The translations under genes were made by a program, and so were the position numbers. The notes beneath the pieces were generated by a model that saw nothing but the letters and a program-made list of their open reading frames with translations, had not been told where the DNA came from and ran no database searches. A DNA stretch of 64,000 nt from Octopus vulgaris (taxonomy: Eukaryota): NCBI GenBank assembly GCA_951406725.2, contig OX597824.1, positions 2,418,001 through 2,482,000 of the forward strand, given 5' to 3'. Below, one piece after another: positions 1-13,651 of this stretch (position 1 is the first letter of the stretch; each line of letters opens with the position of its first letter).

Positions 1-791
1 AATAATAATAATAATAATATGTTTGTGTAAACTACAGTAAAGCGAAAATGAAATAGATTACGTTACATTTCATGTTCGTAATTAGAAAACAACCAAATGC
101 TGTGAATTCAGAAGAAAATATACATAAATTGATAAATCAGGGAAATCAATTTATAAACATTATAGGATTTGAAATCGCATTTGTTCTAACTTTTTTATCA
201 CAAGAAATGGACAAAGTAAAAATAATTAATACAATTATGAAAGAAATATAAGAATAACAAGAAGAGTATACCAAGTCAGCCGCCATCATTGATTTGTTAA
301 GAGACGGAAAACAAATGCAAGAACAAAATAAATAAACAATATTTACTTAATTTACATTTATTATGATTAAACTAAGTTGATGCAGCAGATAACAATAACA
401 CATGTTGTAATACACATACACAGATAGGATAAATCTTCAAATATTTGCTTTTGTTTACAAGTGTGGCTAAGAATTCGTCTACATGTTTGTATGTGGAATC
501 GAAATCACTGGGAAATATCAGAGAATAATCGAGGCTGGTTTTGGAGTGTCGTTAAGATATCGATCCCAATTAATTAATTATATTTAGGTTTTGAGTTCTA
601 ATTACACCGAGATAAAGTTTGCATTAATTTCTTCCAAGTTCAATAACATATGACAACTAATACGTACTAATGGTACGATTAATCGACTGAACGTGTTCCC
701 GTTGTTGTAGTCCTGTGAGAAAAAAATAGGGAGAGTGGGGAGGAGAGCAAGGATTGATATTAAGGATAAAATAAGGTAAATAAGAATATAT

Positions 792-948
792 ATTTCTTTA
801 CTACCCACAAGGGGCTAAACACAGAGGGGATAAACAAGGACAGACAAACGGATTAAGTCGATTACATCGATCCCAGTGCGTAACTGGTACTTAATTTATC
901 GACCCCGAAAGGATGAAAGGCAAAGTCGACCTCGGCGGAATTTGAACC
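792..948 (-). mobile_element. SINE family A (central domain GCCTTTCATCCTTTCGGGGTCGATAAATTAAGTACCAG), 5' head missing
   Basis: Near-identical to the copies at 27107, 41236, 45086 and 48210. Confidence 0.88.
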
Positions 949-2411
949 CGATGACTTGAAATGATGATAGTCAGATAAACCAGGTTTAGTAGAGAAAAGA
1001 GCATGAGGTACACACAAGCATATTTCGAGTCATAATCTTTTCTTAAGTTACTTGATCAATACGTAATCATGCATTATCGTGTAAGAGTAACCACCCTTTA
1101 TGTTTGACTAATGATGGACCCTTTTCTCTGCAAACCTTTGTGCAATGCTTCGAATAAAGAATTTCTTTTGCAATAAACACATCATGAGAGACGACACCCT
1201 TTGTCTGGATATGATTATAGAAACCCATTTTTCACCACTTATGATGAACCTACGCTCGAAAGGTTGAGATCATGTCTACTCTTTAATGACGAGCAGAGAC
1301 ATCTACTGGTCAACTTTAAGCACTCTTTATAATGGTGATTGTGATCAAAGTATGAGTTAAATTGAACTTCTTCGCTACTTCATGTTCAAATTTTCTGAAG
1401 CTCAACAAGGACAGAAATTGGTTGTCCAAATCGAGTGAATCTATGAAAGAAACATTTCCCGAGTAAAACTAGCCAGACTATCGATGGCCTGTCTGGGCAC
1501 TTAAAGCTTCATGTTCATAGATAGATTGACTGTTTCTTATCGCTTCCATTGCTGAAGAGGTCTTTTTGAATTCAACCAGCATGTAGTGTCTTATAAAGGA
1601 CTATTCTAAACTTATTTTAAAATAATAAAATCGATAGAAATTTAATCTGCAGAGATAGAAGAAATCATGAGGATGTCTAAATTAATGTTTAGTAGTATTA
1701 CTAGTTGTGAAACACAGAGCCAAACTAGGAGAAAATACGATAAGCGTAAGTTTAAATCATTAGATCTTACATACGTTTCACTATTATACTTGATGTTAAC
1801 AGTATGTATGGATGCCTAAACGCAAAATATTATCAGGGGCCACTTTATTGAATTAGGTAACAGGGGACTAATGGACAGAGAATATTAGTCCTTTCTAACT
1901 TAATGCAGTAGAACGTTCTTTGATGACCCCCTCCAGCTAAGTATCTAATTACATATTCCACACCCAATACAGGGTCCCAAGTAGCTATAACGGTAAAGCG
2001 TACGTGGGAACAAGTAATATAAGCTTACGTTTTGCCATAAGAGAATTTCACTTTTAGCAGTTAAAATATGCCACAAACATATTTTATCTAAGCTAAATTT
2101 TGCTTATGCCGAAACATTGCTTGGCGATAGTATTTCGTTATGTTTGCACGATCAGGCGATCTACCAGCGCAAATCAGTTAATATTGTTGAAGGTTGTTGC
2201 TTTATGAGTTTCTTTAGAGTTGCCTCTCTTAGAAACAACTCATTTATAAGTGCCTAGTAGCTTGAAACATCGACGTCCCGGATTGATGATAGATGGCAGC
2301 ACTGAAGGAACAAGGTGTTTTCACACCTTTTAACCATAAGAAAAATAATTTCTTTACGGCAACTGCAGTTCAAATATGTCACAAAGATATTTTAACTAAC
2401 CCAAATTTTGT

Positions 2412-2449
<38 letters not shown>

Positions 2450-2626
2450 TACTAGTAATGTTTATGTGCCAACAGAATATGGCAGCCCTATAAAGGACGA
2501 TGCTACTGTTGTTTTCCTGGGGCAGAAACAGCAGTAACATCGTCCCTTATAGGACTGCGACATTCTCTTTGCATATAAACATTACTCTGCCGTACTGTTA
2601 CTGTATATCTCTCGCTCTAACACACA

Positions 2627-2692
<66 letters not shown>

Positions 2693-5004
2693 TATATATA
2701 TGGATGTAAGGATGGATAGGGGACATAGAGGAGTGAGATATAAGGATATAATCTAAATAGACAGAAGTGTTTATTATTAGGAGTTTAGAAAGAACATTTT
2801 AATAAAAAGGCGTATCATAATTATAGATTCTATAGAAAGGCTTCCGATCGTGTTGTTAGATCTTGTAATGCTTGCAGTATTGGACGGGAGATGGTTGAGG
2901 AAATTCCAAAGCTGTGATATGTTCAATGGCACGTGGAGATGTAACTAAACTGAAGGCGACAGATTTTCCCGGAATGAGATGTGGAATGCTATGTGTAAAT
3001 CCATAGAAATGCTCACCTAATTAACCTCTCGCTTCGCCTGACTGTGCATTGTATTGAAGGTTTAACCTATTCTATTGAGTTAGAATCAACCTAGAATTAA
3101 CATGGCCGTTTAAGCTGACAGGTACATATACTCAGGGCTTGTATTCAAGTAAGTTAAATAATTGCTTTACACTTTTCAAAGAATACATGAAAACTTTGTA
3201 GTTTTCAAATTTCCTCTTAAAATTAGTTATCTCTGTGATTTAGATAACTCATACTCGCACACACATACACGCACACACATACACATACATACAAACCCAT
3301 AAATATAGAGGGAAAGGCTCACAGATAACCAGACAGAAAGATGAACACACACACACATTCACTCATAATGCACACACACGTGCTTACAAATGTACAACGC
3401 TTGCACGTCTCAGCCTCACTTAACCCATACAAAGAAAAGTGCGCACCTGGGTAACTATTTTCCCCTTCTTTCTAGAAATGCTTTACTATTTCTTGCGTCT
3501 AACTTGTTTTCATTATAACACATTTTGTAATTAAGTAAATAGATTTATAATTTTATTTTACGTTCCATATTGGCATTTAGTAATCGTGGAGTGTATGTTT
3601 ATTCTTTTATTGTTACCCATTATTGTTACTTATTGTTAATAATTTACAAAAATTGCGCTAAACTTTCTTATGCTTAAGGAAAACAACAAATCCTGTTTAA
3701 AAAAAAAGCGCCATGGCATCGACAATTTCATTATCGTAATCAAATAAATGTGCTTTCAGTAATTTAAAATCTAAAGACAGATCCACATACCACATGCACC
3801 CACATTCATACATACAAGCAGCCCACTCACTGGCGCACACACACACACACATTCACACACATTCACACACATTATGTATGTGTGTATTTGTGTCTGTGTG
3901 CTTGTGTGTGTGTGACGTAAAACATTAATCAACCCTTGTTCCAGGGCCCTTTTCCTAGCACTGATATTAAATATTTTCGTCCGTTTAGAAGAAAAAAAAT
4001 CCTATTACATTATTGTTTAGATTACCAATTTCCACAATCGCAATCTCAACATCAACAACAATGTTTTCCATTTAATTTACGTCGCTTTTTTACATTTAAT
4101 TATTCTTGCAATTTCTGAGGTGGGAGGGGGGGTCTTTTTAATAGGATTTAATTGCCAGAAGGGTTAAGCATTGAAATCTTATTAGATTCTTTTCCTTCGT
4201 TGGCTCTTCTTATTTCCCCCTATTTCTGTTTAACCTCTAATCTCTTCACTTCGATACGATTTTCCTTTCTTAACACTTACAATCTGCCCTTTGCAATATC
4301 TTTCTTCCTCACATATTTGGCTGTATTCGTTTAATGTACAACCACCTCATCAATTTTTCCCACATCTTCTAGCATCAAAATTACAGTTTATATTCTAAAA
4401 GCTATTTACAACTTCTAATTGATAATGCTAATTTTGAACGTGTTGATAACAAATTCGCTTCGAGAGTACGAGTTTAATACCGCTACATGGGCCTTTAACA
4501 GTAGATCGATTACACCCATGAATTCAATTTGGCCGGCCAAAATTGTATACAATATTCATCCTGTCCTTAGATGTCAAGTTTTAGTCTCTTTTTACCGCAA
4601 CTACCAGGCCCATCGGTGCTTTTATAAGTATTCACTCCGTAGCAAGCAGTCCAACCGAGTAGTGTGTATGAGGATAACGTCCGACCATGCCCACATCGGT
4701 CTTAGAGGTTCTCTAAAAGTTCTCAGACGCTGTTCTTCCCCCCCCCACACACACACAACGTAATTTTGGAAAATGACAGCCACACGGATGACAGTTGTCA
4801 CGATAATTAGTAGCTTAGAGAAATATGTGGATGAATATCTTCCCTTTATGCTTCTGGCTCCAAAACCTGCCAATGTCGATTTTAATTGCAATATATTCAT
4901 TAACTGGCAGGATCGAGTTTAAGACGTATTTGTGAACGTCAACAAATAGTGAATATAAACAGTTCATAACTGTAATAAATTCCTTTTGTAATACTGGCTC
5001 CAAA

Positions 5005-5236
5005 TTTTTACCATGACGCCAGCAATTTCAGGGAACGAGGTAAGTTCAGGGAATGAGGTAAGCTGATTACTTCGACACCAGTGCTCTGCTGCTCCTTATT
5101 TTATTGATTCCGAAAGGACGAAAGGCAAAGATCGACCTCAACGGAATTTGAACTGAGAACATAATATAATGAGTAACGTAGTGTCGCTAAGCATTTTTTG
5201 TCGGGCGGGCTAATGATACTGCCAGCAGCTCACCAT
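5005..5236 (-). mobile_element. SINE family A, diverged
   Basis: CCGAAAGGACGAAAGGCAAAGATCGACCTC...GCTAAGCATTT...GCCAGCAGCTCACC. Confidence 0.75.
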
Positions 5237-5270
5237 CTTCATTTCTATCGGTAATATTGCTATGGTAGTT

Positions 5271-5490
5271 AAGGCGGTCAGCTGGTAGAATTATATGCAC
5301 GCCGGACAAAATGCATAGAGGTATTTCGTCCGTCTTTACGTTCCGAGAACAAATTTAGTCGAGGTCAACTTTGCCTTTCATCCTCTCGGGGTCCATAAAA
5401 GCAACAACAGTTGATCCTTAGGTTACTATGTAATCGCTTTATTCCCTACTCCGAACGGGCTGGCCTCGTACCAACATTTGACATCAATAT
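5271..5490 (+). mobile_element. SINE family A, diverged, head-to-head with the previous copy
   Basis: AAGGCGGTCAGCTGGTAGAA...GAGGTCAACTTTGCCTTTCATCCTCTCGGGGTC. Confidence 0.75.
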
Positions 5491-5839
5491 TTGCAATAGA
5501 AACATGTATTGCTCCGTTTCAAACATCAGGTTTTTCTTGATTTCGCAAGGTAAACAAGATTGTGGTATTCTTGAATTGTTCATGGAATTGTGATGTTATT
5601 GTTTGTTTTCAAGTTAGCTTGTGCAAACAGATCTCCGATCGAAAGTTTTGCAATAATAACCATCGCGTCATTTACTGTACGTCATGGCACATTCTCCAGA
5701 AAACTGTTTTCTACAACTGAAACAAGTAACATGAACTAGATGAGGTGGCCTCTTCACTGGGTTCCATCGAACATTTAGAGATTTCATCGTTGGCTTTATT
5801 TTTCTCTACATCAACCTAACTATTTCTAATGTTCTATAT

Positions 5840-6007
5840 GAATGTGTGTGGGTATACACATATATACTTACACAATTATATATGTATAGGCATACATATG
5901 TATTTACGTACACACACATATATATGTGTGTTTATATTTATAGATATATATATTTATATATATAGTGTATATAAATATATAGATATATAAATATTTATAT
6001 ATATATA

Positions 6008-6058
<51 letters not shown>

Positions 6059-6425
6059 GTAAATATATATACATATATATACTTACAGAATTATATATGC
6101 ATACGCATACATATATATTTACCTACACAAACATATATATGTGTGTATATATATATAGATATATATATTTATATATATAGTGTATATATATATATATATA
6201 TAGATATAGACGTTTATATATATATACATATATATAGTATATATACATGCATATATATGTATACACTCTCATATATATACATAATATAAATACATGTACA
6301 AACATACATATTTGTATAGGTGTGCGATTGTGTATACACACGATATACACGCAATTTTATATATATGTTCATATATGCATACGTGGAGACACACACGTCT
6401 GTGCGTGTGTGTGTGTGCGCGCGCA
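5840..6425. repeat. Degenerate TA/CA low-complexity tract
   Basis: Direct reading of the sequence. Confidence 0.9.
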
Positions 6426-7612
6426 TGTGCGATGTGTTGTTTTGTGTATGCCCACTTTTGCGCGTGTTTGTGCGCATGCGTGTTGTATTTGATGTAAAGC
6501 AAAGGCGATAGAGACGGGCAGGAAGCATTAAATACCACCTGGCCTGCTTTGCCTGATTTCACGCAAGCGTTTCTCCTTTCATGAACAAAGCACAACATTT
6601 CAGCCGAATATCAAAGAGCACCAATGAGTACGGAAACAATTGAATTTCTATCGATTCCAAATGATATTGTTGATGAAATATCACTGTGTGACATGTCGGA
6701 ACATTCAGATATCGAAATAATACTTTACAAATATAAACTTTAAATTCCCATCCAATCATTTCATCGCATTTGACGATGTTTTGTGTGGAGAATTTTGATC
6801 TTGTTGATATAGATCATAAGATATATACAGGAATCGAAGACGCATTTCGTTTCCATTTAGATTTACAGTTCCACACTCACAATGCTATTCTTCTTCCTTA
6901 TATTATCAAATATCTTGTTATCGCTTCATTCTTAAAACAGTTAAATCTCATTGTATCACCTGCAACACTCTTCTATTTGATATTGGTTCCTCACTATAAC
7001 AGAGAAACTTTCTCTCTTTTAGCTTTTTTCCACCAACCCTCTCTCTCTCCCTCTCTTTGGATGCATGTGTGCGCGTGCGCGCATATGTGTTGTGAAATCA
7101 TTCAACATCTGTTATCGTTGATGCTTTAACTCAAACAGTCTAGGGTTTCGGTCATTGACAGAACCAATCATAAACCATCGCAAAAACAAACTACAAATTA
7201 GTAAGTCATTCGGGTAGGCGATCAAAGGAAAGAAACGGAGGAAGAGCCAAGATCTAAGAATGTTTTGAAGTTACAAAGAGAGAGTTCCTCAAAAAGTATC
7301 CCTCGACCTATTCAGTATAACACGAACACGTTTCCGTAAAAGTATTTGTCATACAAAAACTAAGGATAGCTGATTGGCTAAGGTGACAGGAACGGTGTTC
7401 ACAGATTCTGAGCAAAACACACCGTCTCAGGTTGTTCTGTGATTGGTTCGACACCTGACATGGAAGTGCATCTGTTCAGACAAAGTCGCTTAGATGGAAG
7501 GAATGTGCTGCTAATGAGAGGAACAAACATTTGATCTCTATAAGCAATTCAGTTGTGAAGGTCGTTCGGCAAAGGCTGAACGCTCATATGTTGTCTTCGA
7601 CGGGAGAGTGCA

Positions 7613-7654
<42 letters not shown>

Positions 7655-7872
7655 CTTCCGACGCCGATGGACGTACGTGAATCAGCTCCGTGAATTTGAC
7701 ACCAATTTCATTGGAAATCATTTGATAAGTTTGAATATTTTTTAATATTTTTGTAGCCAAACCGACCGGCTTCTTGCGGAGCTCGTCGGTTGGGCGAAAT
7801 TTTGCCCCATTCGGGGTGAAATTACTGTCTATCCTTTTGAAATTGACATTTTTTGCACACACACATTACAAA

Positions 7873-8906
7873 ATGGCACTAAAACGAGCTGCTGGCTCTT
7901 CCCTCCTTCTTGCAACACCCCCCCTACAAGAACAAAAAAAAATAACGTCACGGGTTACGTACAACCCATTTCAGGCCGTAAAAGGCAACAAAGCTCCTCC
8001 TTCCGAACCGGAGAGCACGCGCTCGGTTCAAAAGGAGAATGCATGCCAGGACGTCGCGTTCGACGTCACTCTTGATTTCCCCCTCTGCCTTCAACAAGTG
8101 ATGCTGTACCGAAGGGGGAGGTAAAGAAAATTATAACAGACACAAACACAGACAAGAACCAACAAAAAACGGTAAAAGCTTCTAACGATTTTGCTTCTGC
8201 TGCGAAGCAAATTTCGGAAGATGTAGAAATTACAATGGAGGACATAAAAATGGCACAAGATTTGTTGAGAAAGGAGGGGAACAGTGTTTTCCTCAACACA
8301 CCTCAACAACTCACACAAGAAACAAGCAAAAGAACAATCTTTTATAAAGTCTTCGAAAAGAAAACTAAAAGATTGTTTAACGCCACACCACAACAGTTGG
8401 AGATGGCTCTGAAGCCCATTTGGGGCCAGAAGAGCTATGTGACAAGAGGGAAGCGATTTGGAACCGTGGAGGTTCGCTTCCCAACAGAGGAGCTTGCAAG
8501 GGCAAACGCCATTTCGCCCTTGCAAAATGAACATTTGTTCCTCGTCCCGACGTACCTCGGGCGTAAGGTACAAAAAATAACCATAAGCACAATACCCCCC
8601 GAACAGAAAATCTCATGGCTAGTGGCGGCTGTCCTCTATGGCATAGAGGACACTGCCACTATTCTGAATGTTCGGAGGGTACGAGAAAAGAACTGGTCAG
8701 GCATGGGTATTCAACTGCTGGTACAGATCCAGCAGGAAAACATCAATGCCATACCTGACTTTGTCATCTTGCTGGATGGGACCAGGCTAAATGTTATTGT
8801 AGAGGGGCGAAAGCCAAAATGTTTCCTCTGCAGTAGCGAAAGCCACCTAAAAGGGACTGCCCCATTCAAAAAAAGAGAATGGAGGAGTATAGCAAGAGGC
8901 AGCAGC

Positions 8907-8937
<31 letters not shown>

Positions 8938-9760
8938 CAAGCAACAACAACAGAAACAACAAAAACAGCAAGAAAAACCAAAGGCTGCCACACCACCAAC
9001 ACCATCACCAACACCAGCACCAAGACGAACAACACCACCTCCAACAACAACAACCACCACCAAACCAACACCGACAACCACCACCAAACCAACACCGACA
9101 CCAGTACCTCGAAGGTCGACAGCAGCGACATCAACAGTAACAGGAGCAGCGGCACCACCGATACCGGCGGAACCTAAAACTTTTCGTCCTGCTACTGAAG
9201 CAGACCCCTCAACCATTCCTTTGCCGGATGAAGAGATCTCGGATTGTGCGAGCTCGGATTCCAACAAAGGAGAATGGAATATAGTACCTCCAAAAAAGAA
9301 AAGGAGGAAAAAACAAAAAGTTTTACAGGGGAAGCACGAACAAATAGTACGTCCCAACATCAACAACAACATCAACAACAACACACACTCACAACAACAA
9401 ACAACAACAACAACACTTTCGACACCACTACTGCCACTACCACAGACACAAACAAACACAGACACAATTACAGACACGATTACAGCAGTGAATACAAGAA
9501 ACCAGGAACTGGTTGAGTATTTGAAAAACAAAACAAGCACAAACATTACAGATTTCATAATACCTACACACAACACACCACCAGCACACATTCTCACAAT
9601 AAAAATAAACAAAACAGTGTACAATGAAATAAAACAAATATTCCCTAACGATGTGGGATCGTTAGGGAAAAGTTTCTCTCAGAAACTTTACAAAAATATT
9701 ATTGAAGCACCCGTGCAAAAGCACAAGGGAGCCACCCCCACCACCAACAACAGTAAGTAG
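7873..9760 (+). CDS. Tx1-type ORF1 (gag-like nucleic-acid-binding protein with zinc knuckle and Q/P/T-rich tail), split by two 1-nt frameshifts
   Basis: ATG 7873 (MALKRAAG). Adding one C in the C-run near 8080 joins it to 8235-ORF; adding one base in AAAAGGG near 8850 gives CFLCSSESHLKRDCP (CX2CX4HX4C) and joins 8879..9760. Confidence 0.8.
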
Positions 9761-9799
9761 AGCCTTTTTTCTCCTTTTTTTTTCCCTAATTCTTGAGAC

Positions 9800-12700
9800 A
9801 TGGCAAATCTTAGAATCGGTTGCTTGAATGTGAGAGGCCTCGGGTCACCTTGGAAACAGGGTCACCTGTTAAACGACCTGAGGTTTCATGATGTGGATAT
9901 AGCAGCCATCAGTGAAACCAGGCTCTCCGACCCGCAGGAACTCGCAGCCCTTTTCGGCGGATACGAGATATTTCTATCTCCGTGTCGGCCGGGAGCGGGC
10001 GGTGGTGGTACTGCGGTGTTGTTTCGGAAGGGCCTGGACCTGAAAATAAGAACAGTCTTCTTGGATCCGGAAGGTAAGTTGGTGGTCCTCGACGTGGACG
10101 GTAGTGACGGCGGTGCTTTCAGACTGCTGGCTGCCTACGCTCCGACAGGAGCAGGGCAGTCGGATTATTTCAAACGTCTGGAAGTTTTCCTGGGAACGTC
10201 ACGCACTCTAGTACTAGTTGGGGATTGGAACGCTGTCTTAGACGAACGTTTCGATCGGGTGGGCAGGGGAGCGTCTGTTAGGAGAGGGGGTGGGTGCAAG
10301 AGCCTCGCCAACCTACTCGGCCGCTTTCAGCTGTCCGACAGGTTTCGACTAGACAACCCGAATGTGCCAATGTGGACTTGGACAAACCGCATCGGGTCGT
10401 CTAGATCGTACTTAGATAGAGTGTTTTGTAGGCCAGCGGATAAGGACAGCGTAGGGTGTCCACAATTCCACCTAGTCGAATATACGGACCACAAATTAGT
10501 GATCTGTACGGTCGACTTAGATAGGCTACATAGACAGGGACCCGGCTACTGGAAGCTGAACGCGTCGTTAACGGCGTGCAAAGCTTACAGAGACCGGATT
10601 AGTTTACTAGTTAAGCGGGCGCTCACGGGGGCAATCATCAACAACAACTGGTGGTTTGCCCTCAAGAGAGCAATTAGAGTAGAGTCGATTAGGTATAGTA
10701 AGACTCTAGCTATTGAACGTAGGAAGAGAGAGCGGGATTTAGTTAAGAAACTAGACGAGGCTCTTGACACTGGCATCGCGACCGACGTGTTGGCGGCAAG
10801 GTTGGCCCTCGACCAACACTTCGACGCCAAACACGAAGGCTGCGTTGTCAGAGCTAAGGCACGTTCGCTAAGCGGGGAGGGGACTAGAGCCGCTCGATGG
10901 GCCCGCGTGGCGGAGGCGAAGCGAGGCAACAGAGCAACCATTCGGTCTTTGGTGGACCAGAACGGGCGCGAGGTTACCCAACCGAAGCAGATGTGTACGG
11001 TACTTCAGCGGCACTTTGCTCAACTGTTTGGGACGAGCGGTGGAACGGACACCAACGGTACAGACTTCGGTGTGTACCTGGACGGACTGCCGCAACTCTC
11101 GGACAGCGAGGCAGAGTGCTGCGAAGGACCGATATCTGCCTGGGAAGTACAGGAAGCGATGAAGAGTTGCACGAGAGGTAGATCGCCGGGTTTGGATGGT
11201 CTGCCCTACGAGCTTTACTTTTCAATGCCAGACTTGTTTGCGGACCTGTTGGCAAACGTCTACTGCAACTGGCAGCAAAACGGGAGAATTCCTGCTTTTG
11301 TCTGTCGAGGGGTGGTGGCTTTGCTAAAGAAGGACCCAAACAAGGGGGACGTTATAGGCAATTTCCGGCCCATCACTCTGCTCAATGCAGAGTTGAAGAT
11401 TTTGGCCAAGGTGCTAGCCAAGAGATTGGCGCTTGTCGTGGACAAGCTGGTCGGCGGGACGCAGACATGCGCCGTGCCGACCAGGTCGATACACGACAAC
11501 CTCCATCTCATGCGCTACATCATAGAGAGGGTGGGTAACGACGCTGGCGCGGGTGGGGCTTTGATCAACTTGGATCAGAGTAAAGCCTTCGATAGGGTCG
11601 ACCATCGGTACCTGGCAGCTGTCCTCAAGGCAGCCGGCTTCGGTCCAGTCTTCCGCGGGTGGATCGCTGCTTTATACAGCAACATCTGCTCGGTGATACG
11701 GGTGAACGGTCACCTTTCGGAACCGTTCGACATCTCGCGTTCGGTCCGCCAAGGATGCCCTCTCTCCTCCCTCTTGTACATTTTGACTCTCGAGCCATTA
11801 CTGCGCAAGTTGGAGGCTTTGAGGGGCATCCCGCGCGATCTAGGAGGCGGAAACAGCGTGTCTGCTTATGCCGACGACGTCACCGTGTTGGTGTCGAGCC
11901 ACAGGCACATTGGCCTGATTGGCGAGACGCTAAACCAGTACGAAGCGGTGACAGGGGCAAAGATTAACGCGGAAAAGTCTGTGGGCTTGCAACTGGGCAC
12001 CTGGAGAGGCAAGCCCATGCCGTCCAACAGCGTCGTAGGGCGCTGGACAGACGGACCCGTTAAACTGCTCGGGGTCTGGTTCGGTCCGGACCTCCAGGTG
12101 GATAAGAACTGGGAAGAGGTGACGAGCAGGGTGGCACGTCTCACCCAGAAATGGGCCGAGAGGAAGCTGTCCCTGAAAGGTCGAGCGGAGGTGGCGAATG
12201 CGTACATCGCATCCGTCATCTATTACCGCTTGACCGTCGTCCCTTGTCCCGACCGCTGGTTGGCCAAGCTGGTACACCTGCTCTTCGACTTTTGTGGAAG
12301 GGTCAGGTGCCACTGGTCAGGCGATCCATCTGCTGTCAACGACCGCTGAACGGAGGCCTTGGAATGCCGTGGTTGCTGTTGCGCAGACATGCGCTCAGGC
12401 TGCGGCATCTCAAGCGCTTCCTAGACGGTGAACAGGTGTGGTCGTCTTTTGTCAGACGCGATTTTCCGCAGCTCGTCTCTTTGACGGAGCTGCAGACCTG
12501 GATCAAACGTAGACCGAGAAAGGGCGCTTGGCACCTCGAGTGCCGTCAAGCCCTCTCCGCCCTCCACCAGGCGGGCAATGCGGTCGGTTACAGCTCCACT
12601 CTAGCGTTCTATAGAGGGTTAGTGGAGGAAAAATGCGACGACGTTCTCGGGGAAACTCTAGGCGTTGAAGACGACGAACTGAGCGGTCTGTTCGGGAGGA

Positions 12701-13233
12701 CTTTCGGGCCGGGGCCGATGGATAATTTCCAGAGGTCTCTCGCCTGGCAGTGCTACCGAGGGGCTCTGCCTGTTCGAGATAAACTCTACCGGCACGGAAG
12801 TGCCGTCAGCCGGGCCTGCCCGAGGTGTTGCCAGGACGACGAAACCGTTCTGCACGCACTCGTCCAGTGCCCGAGTATTGCTGAAATATGGGTTTATGTC
12901 GAACAGCTACTGTCACGTGTAGGACGGATCCGACTATCGGCCGAATCCATAGTGAAGATTGCCCCGCCGACCTCCTTTAACAAGGAGGGCGAGGCCGTTT
13001 TCTTGTGCCTTGTGGCTGTGGCGAAAGAAGTCGTGTGGTGGACTCGTTTGAAAGGGCTAAAGTCAGACACTTTCCTCTTTGGTCAAGGCCTCATCAACTT
13101 TTTCAAGTTTCACTTGAAAAGGAAGATGAGGTTAGAGAGGAAAGTGCTGTCCGATAGCAAGTTTTATGAAAGGTGGGTGAATTGTGCGAGACTGGCCTGT
13201 ATAAATGGACCAGTTCTCAGGTTTCGCCTGTGA
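9800..13233 (+). CDS. Tx1-type ORF2: AP endonuclease + reverse transcriptase + CCHC, with one 1-nt frameshift near 12290
   Basis: LNVRGL, ISET, GDWN, YLDR, TDH (APE); SPGLDG, FRPITLLN, DQSKAFD, VRQGCPLS, YADD (RT); frame 12151..13233 continues LWKG...GGLG...CPRC-X-HALVQC. Confidence 0.93.
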
Positions 13234-13529
13234 TTTCAAAGAAAAAGGTAATGTAAAAGGAGAAGAAAGGGGACTCTCTACACCCCCTTTTTGACCAGGC
13301 TCCCGTTGGCTTTTGTAGGGTTTTTTCCACCGGGAACATTTCGAGACGTCTCCCCCTTTTGGGAGTTTTTCATTGTTGAATTTTATAAGTTGTTATAAAG
13401 ATTTTTACTCGATGTTTTAAAAAAACGGACAAAACCCTTTGTAACCTTTCGTCCTGTCTTGTCCCTTCATGTAATCATGCGTGTCAGCCCTTGTGGCCAA
13501 TAAAAAAGAATTGATTATTATTATTATTA

Positions 13530-13577
<48 letters not shown>

Positions 13578-13578
<1 letters not shown>

Positions 13579-13651
13579 GTTTTTTCCTTCCTACTTTCTT
13601 CAAATTTTCTTCCGTTTCTCGCCGAGTGTTTTCCATACACCTAGGGCAGAT
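13578..13651 (-). mobile_element. Retroelement 3'-end fragment in an (ATT)n array
   Basis: Minus strand CCCTAGGTGTATGGAAAACACTCGGCGAGAAACGGAAG...-(TAA)n; related to 14166-14212 on the plus strand. Confidence 0.55.

Larger units (their letters stand above)
7654..13513 (+). mobile_element. Full-length non-LTR retrotransposon, L1/Tx1 group, inserted in an (ATT)n microsatellite
   Basis: 5'UTR, ORF1 with zinc knuckle, ORF2 with APE+RT+C-terminal CCHC, 3'UTR with AATAAA at 13499-13504; (ATT)n at 7615-7653 and 13514-13578 flank both ends. Confidence 0.95.

Noticed and set aside
1765-1810. Minus-strand CTGTTAA...GAAACGTA hammerhead-like string
   Set aside because: No stem II, and stem I is out of register; likely chance
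2765-3000. Possible very old LINE C-terminal fragment on the minus strand (also 980-1600, 16620-17100, 24230-24480)
   Set aside because: Too decayed to assign without a profile search
4419-5003. Short ORFs in non-repetitive sequence as possible host exons
   Set aside because: No recognisable domain or convincing splice-site pair
7370-7460. Two ATTGG (CCAAT) motifs upstream of the Tx1 element
   Set aside because: Short motifs expected by chance; no transcript evidence
8711-9637. Antisense ORFs over Tx1 ORF1 (poly-L/V/C)
   Set aside because: Shadow frames of CAA/ACC-rich coding sequence
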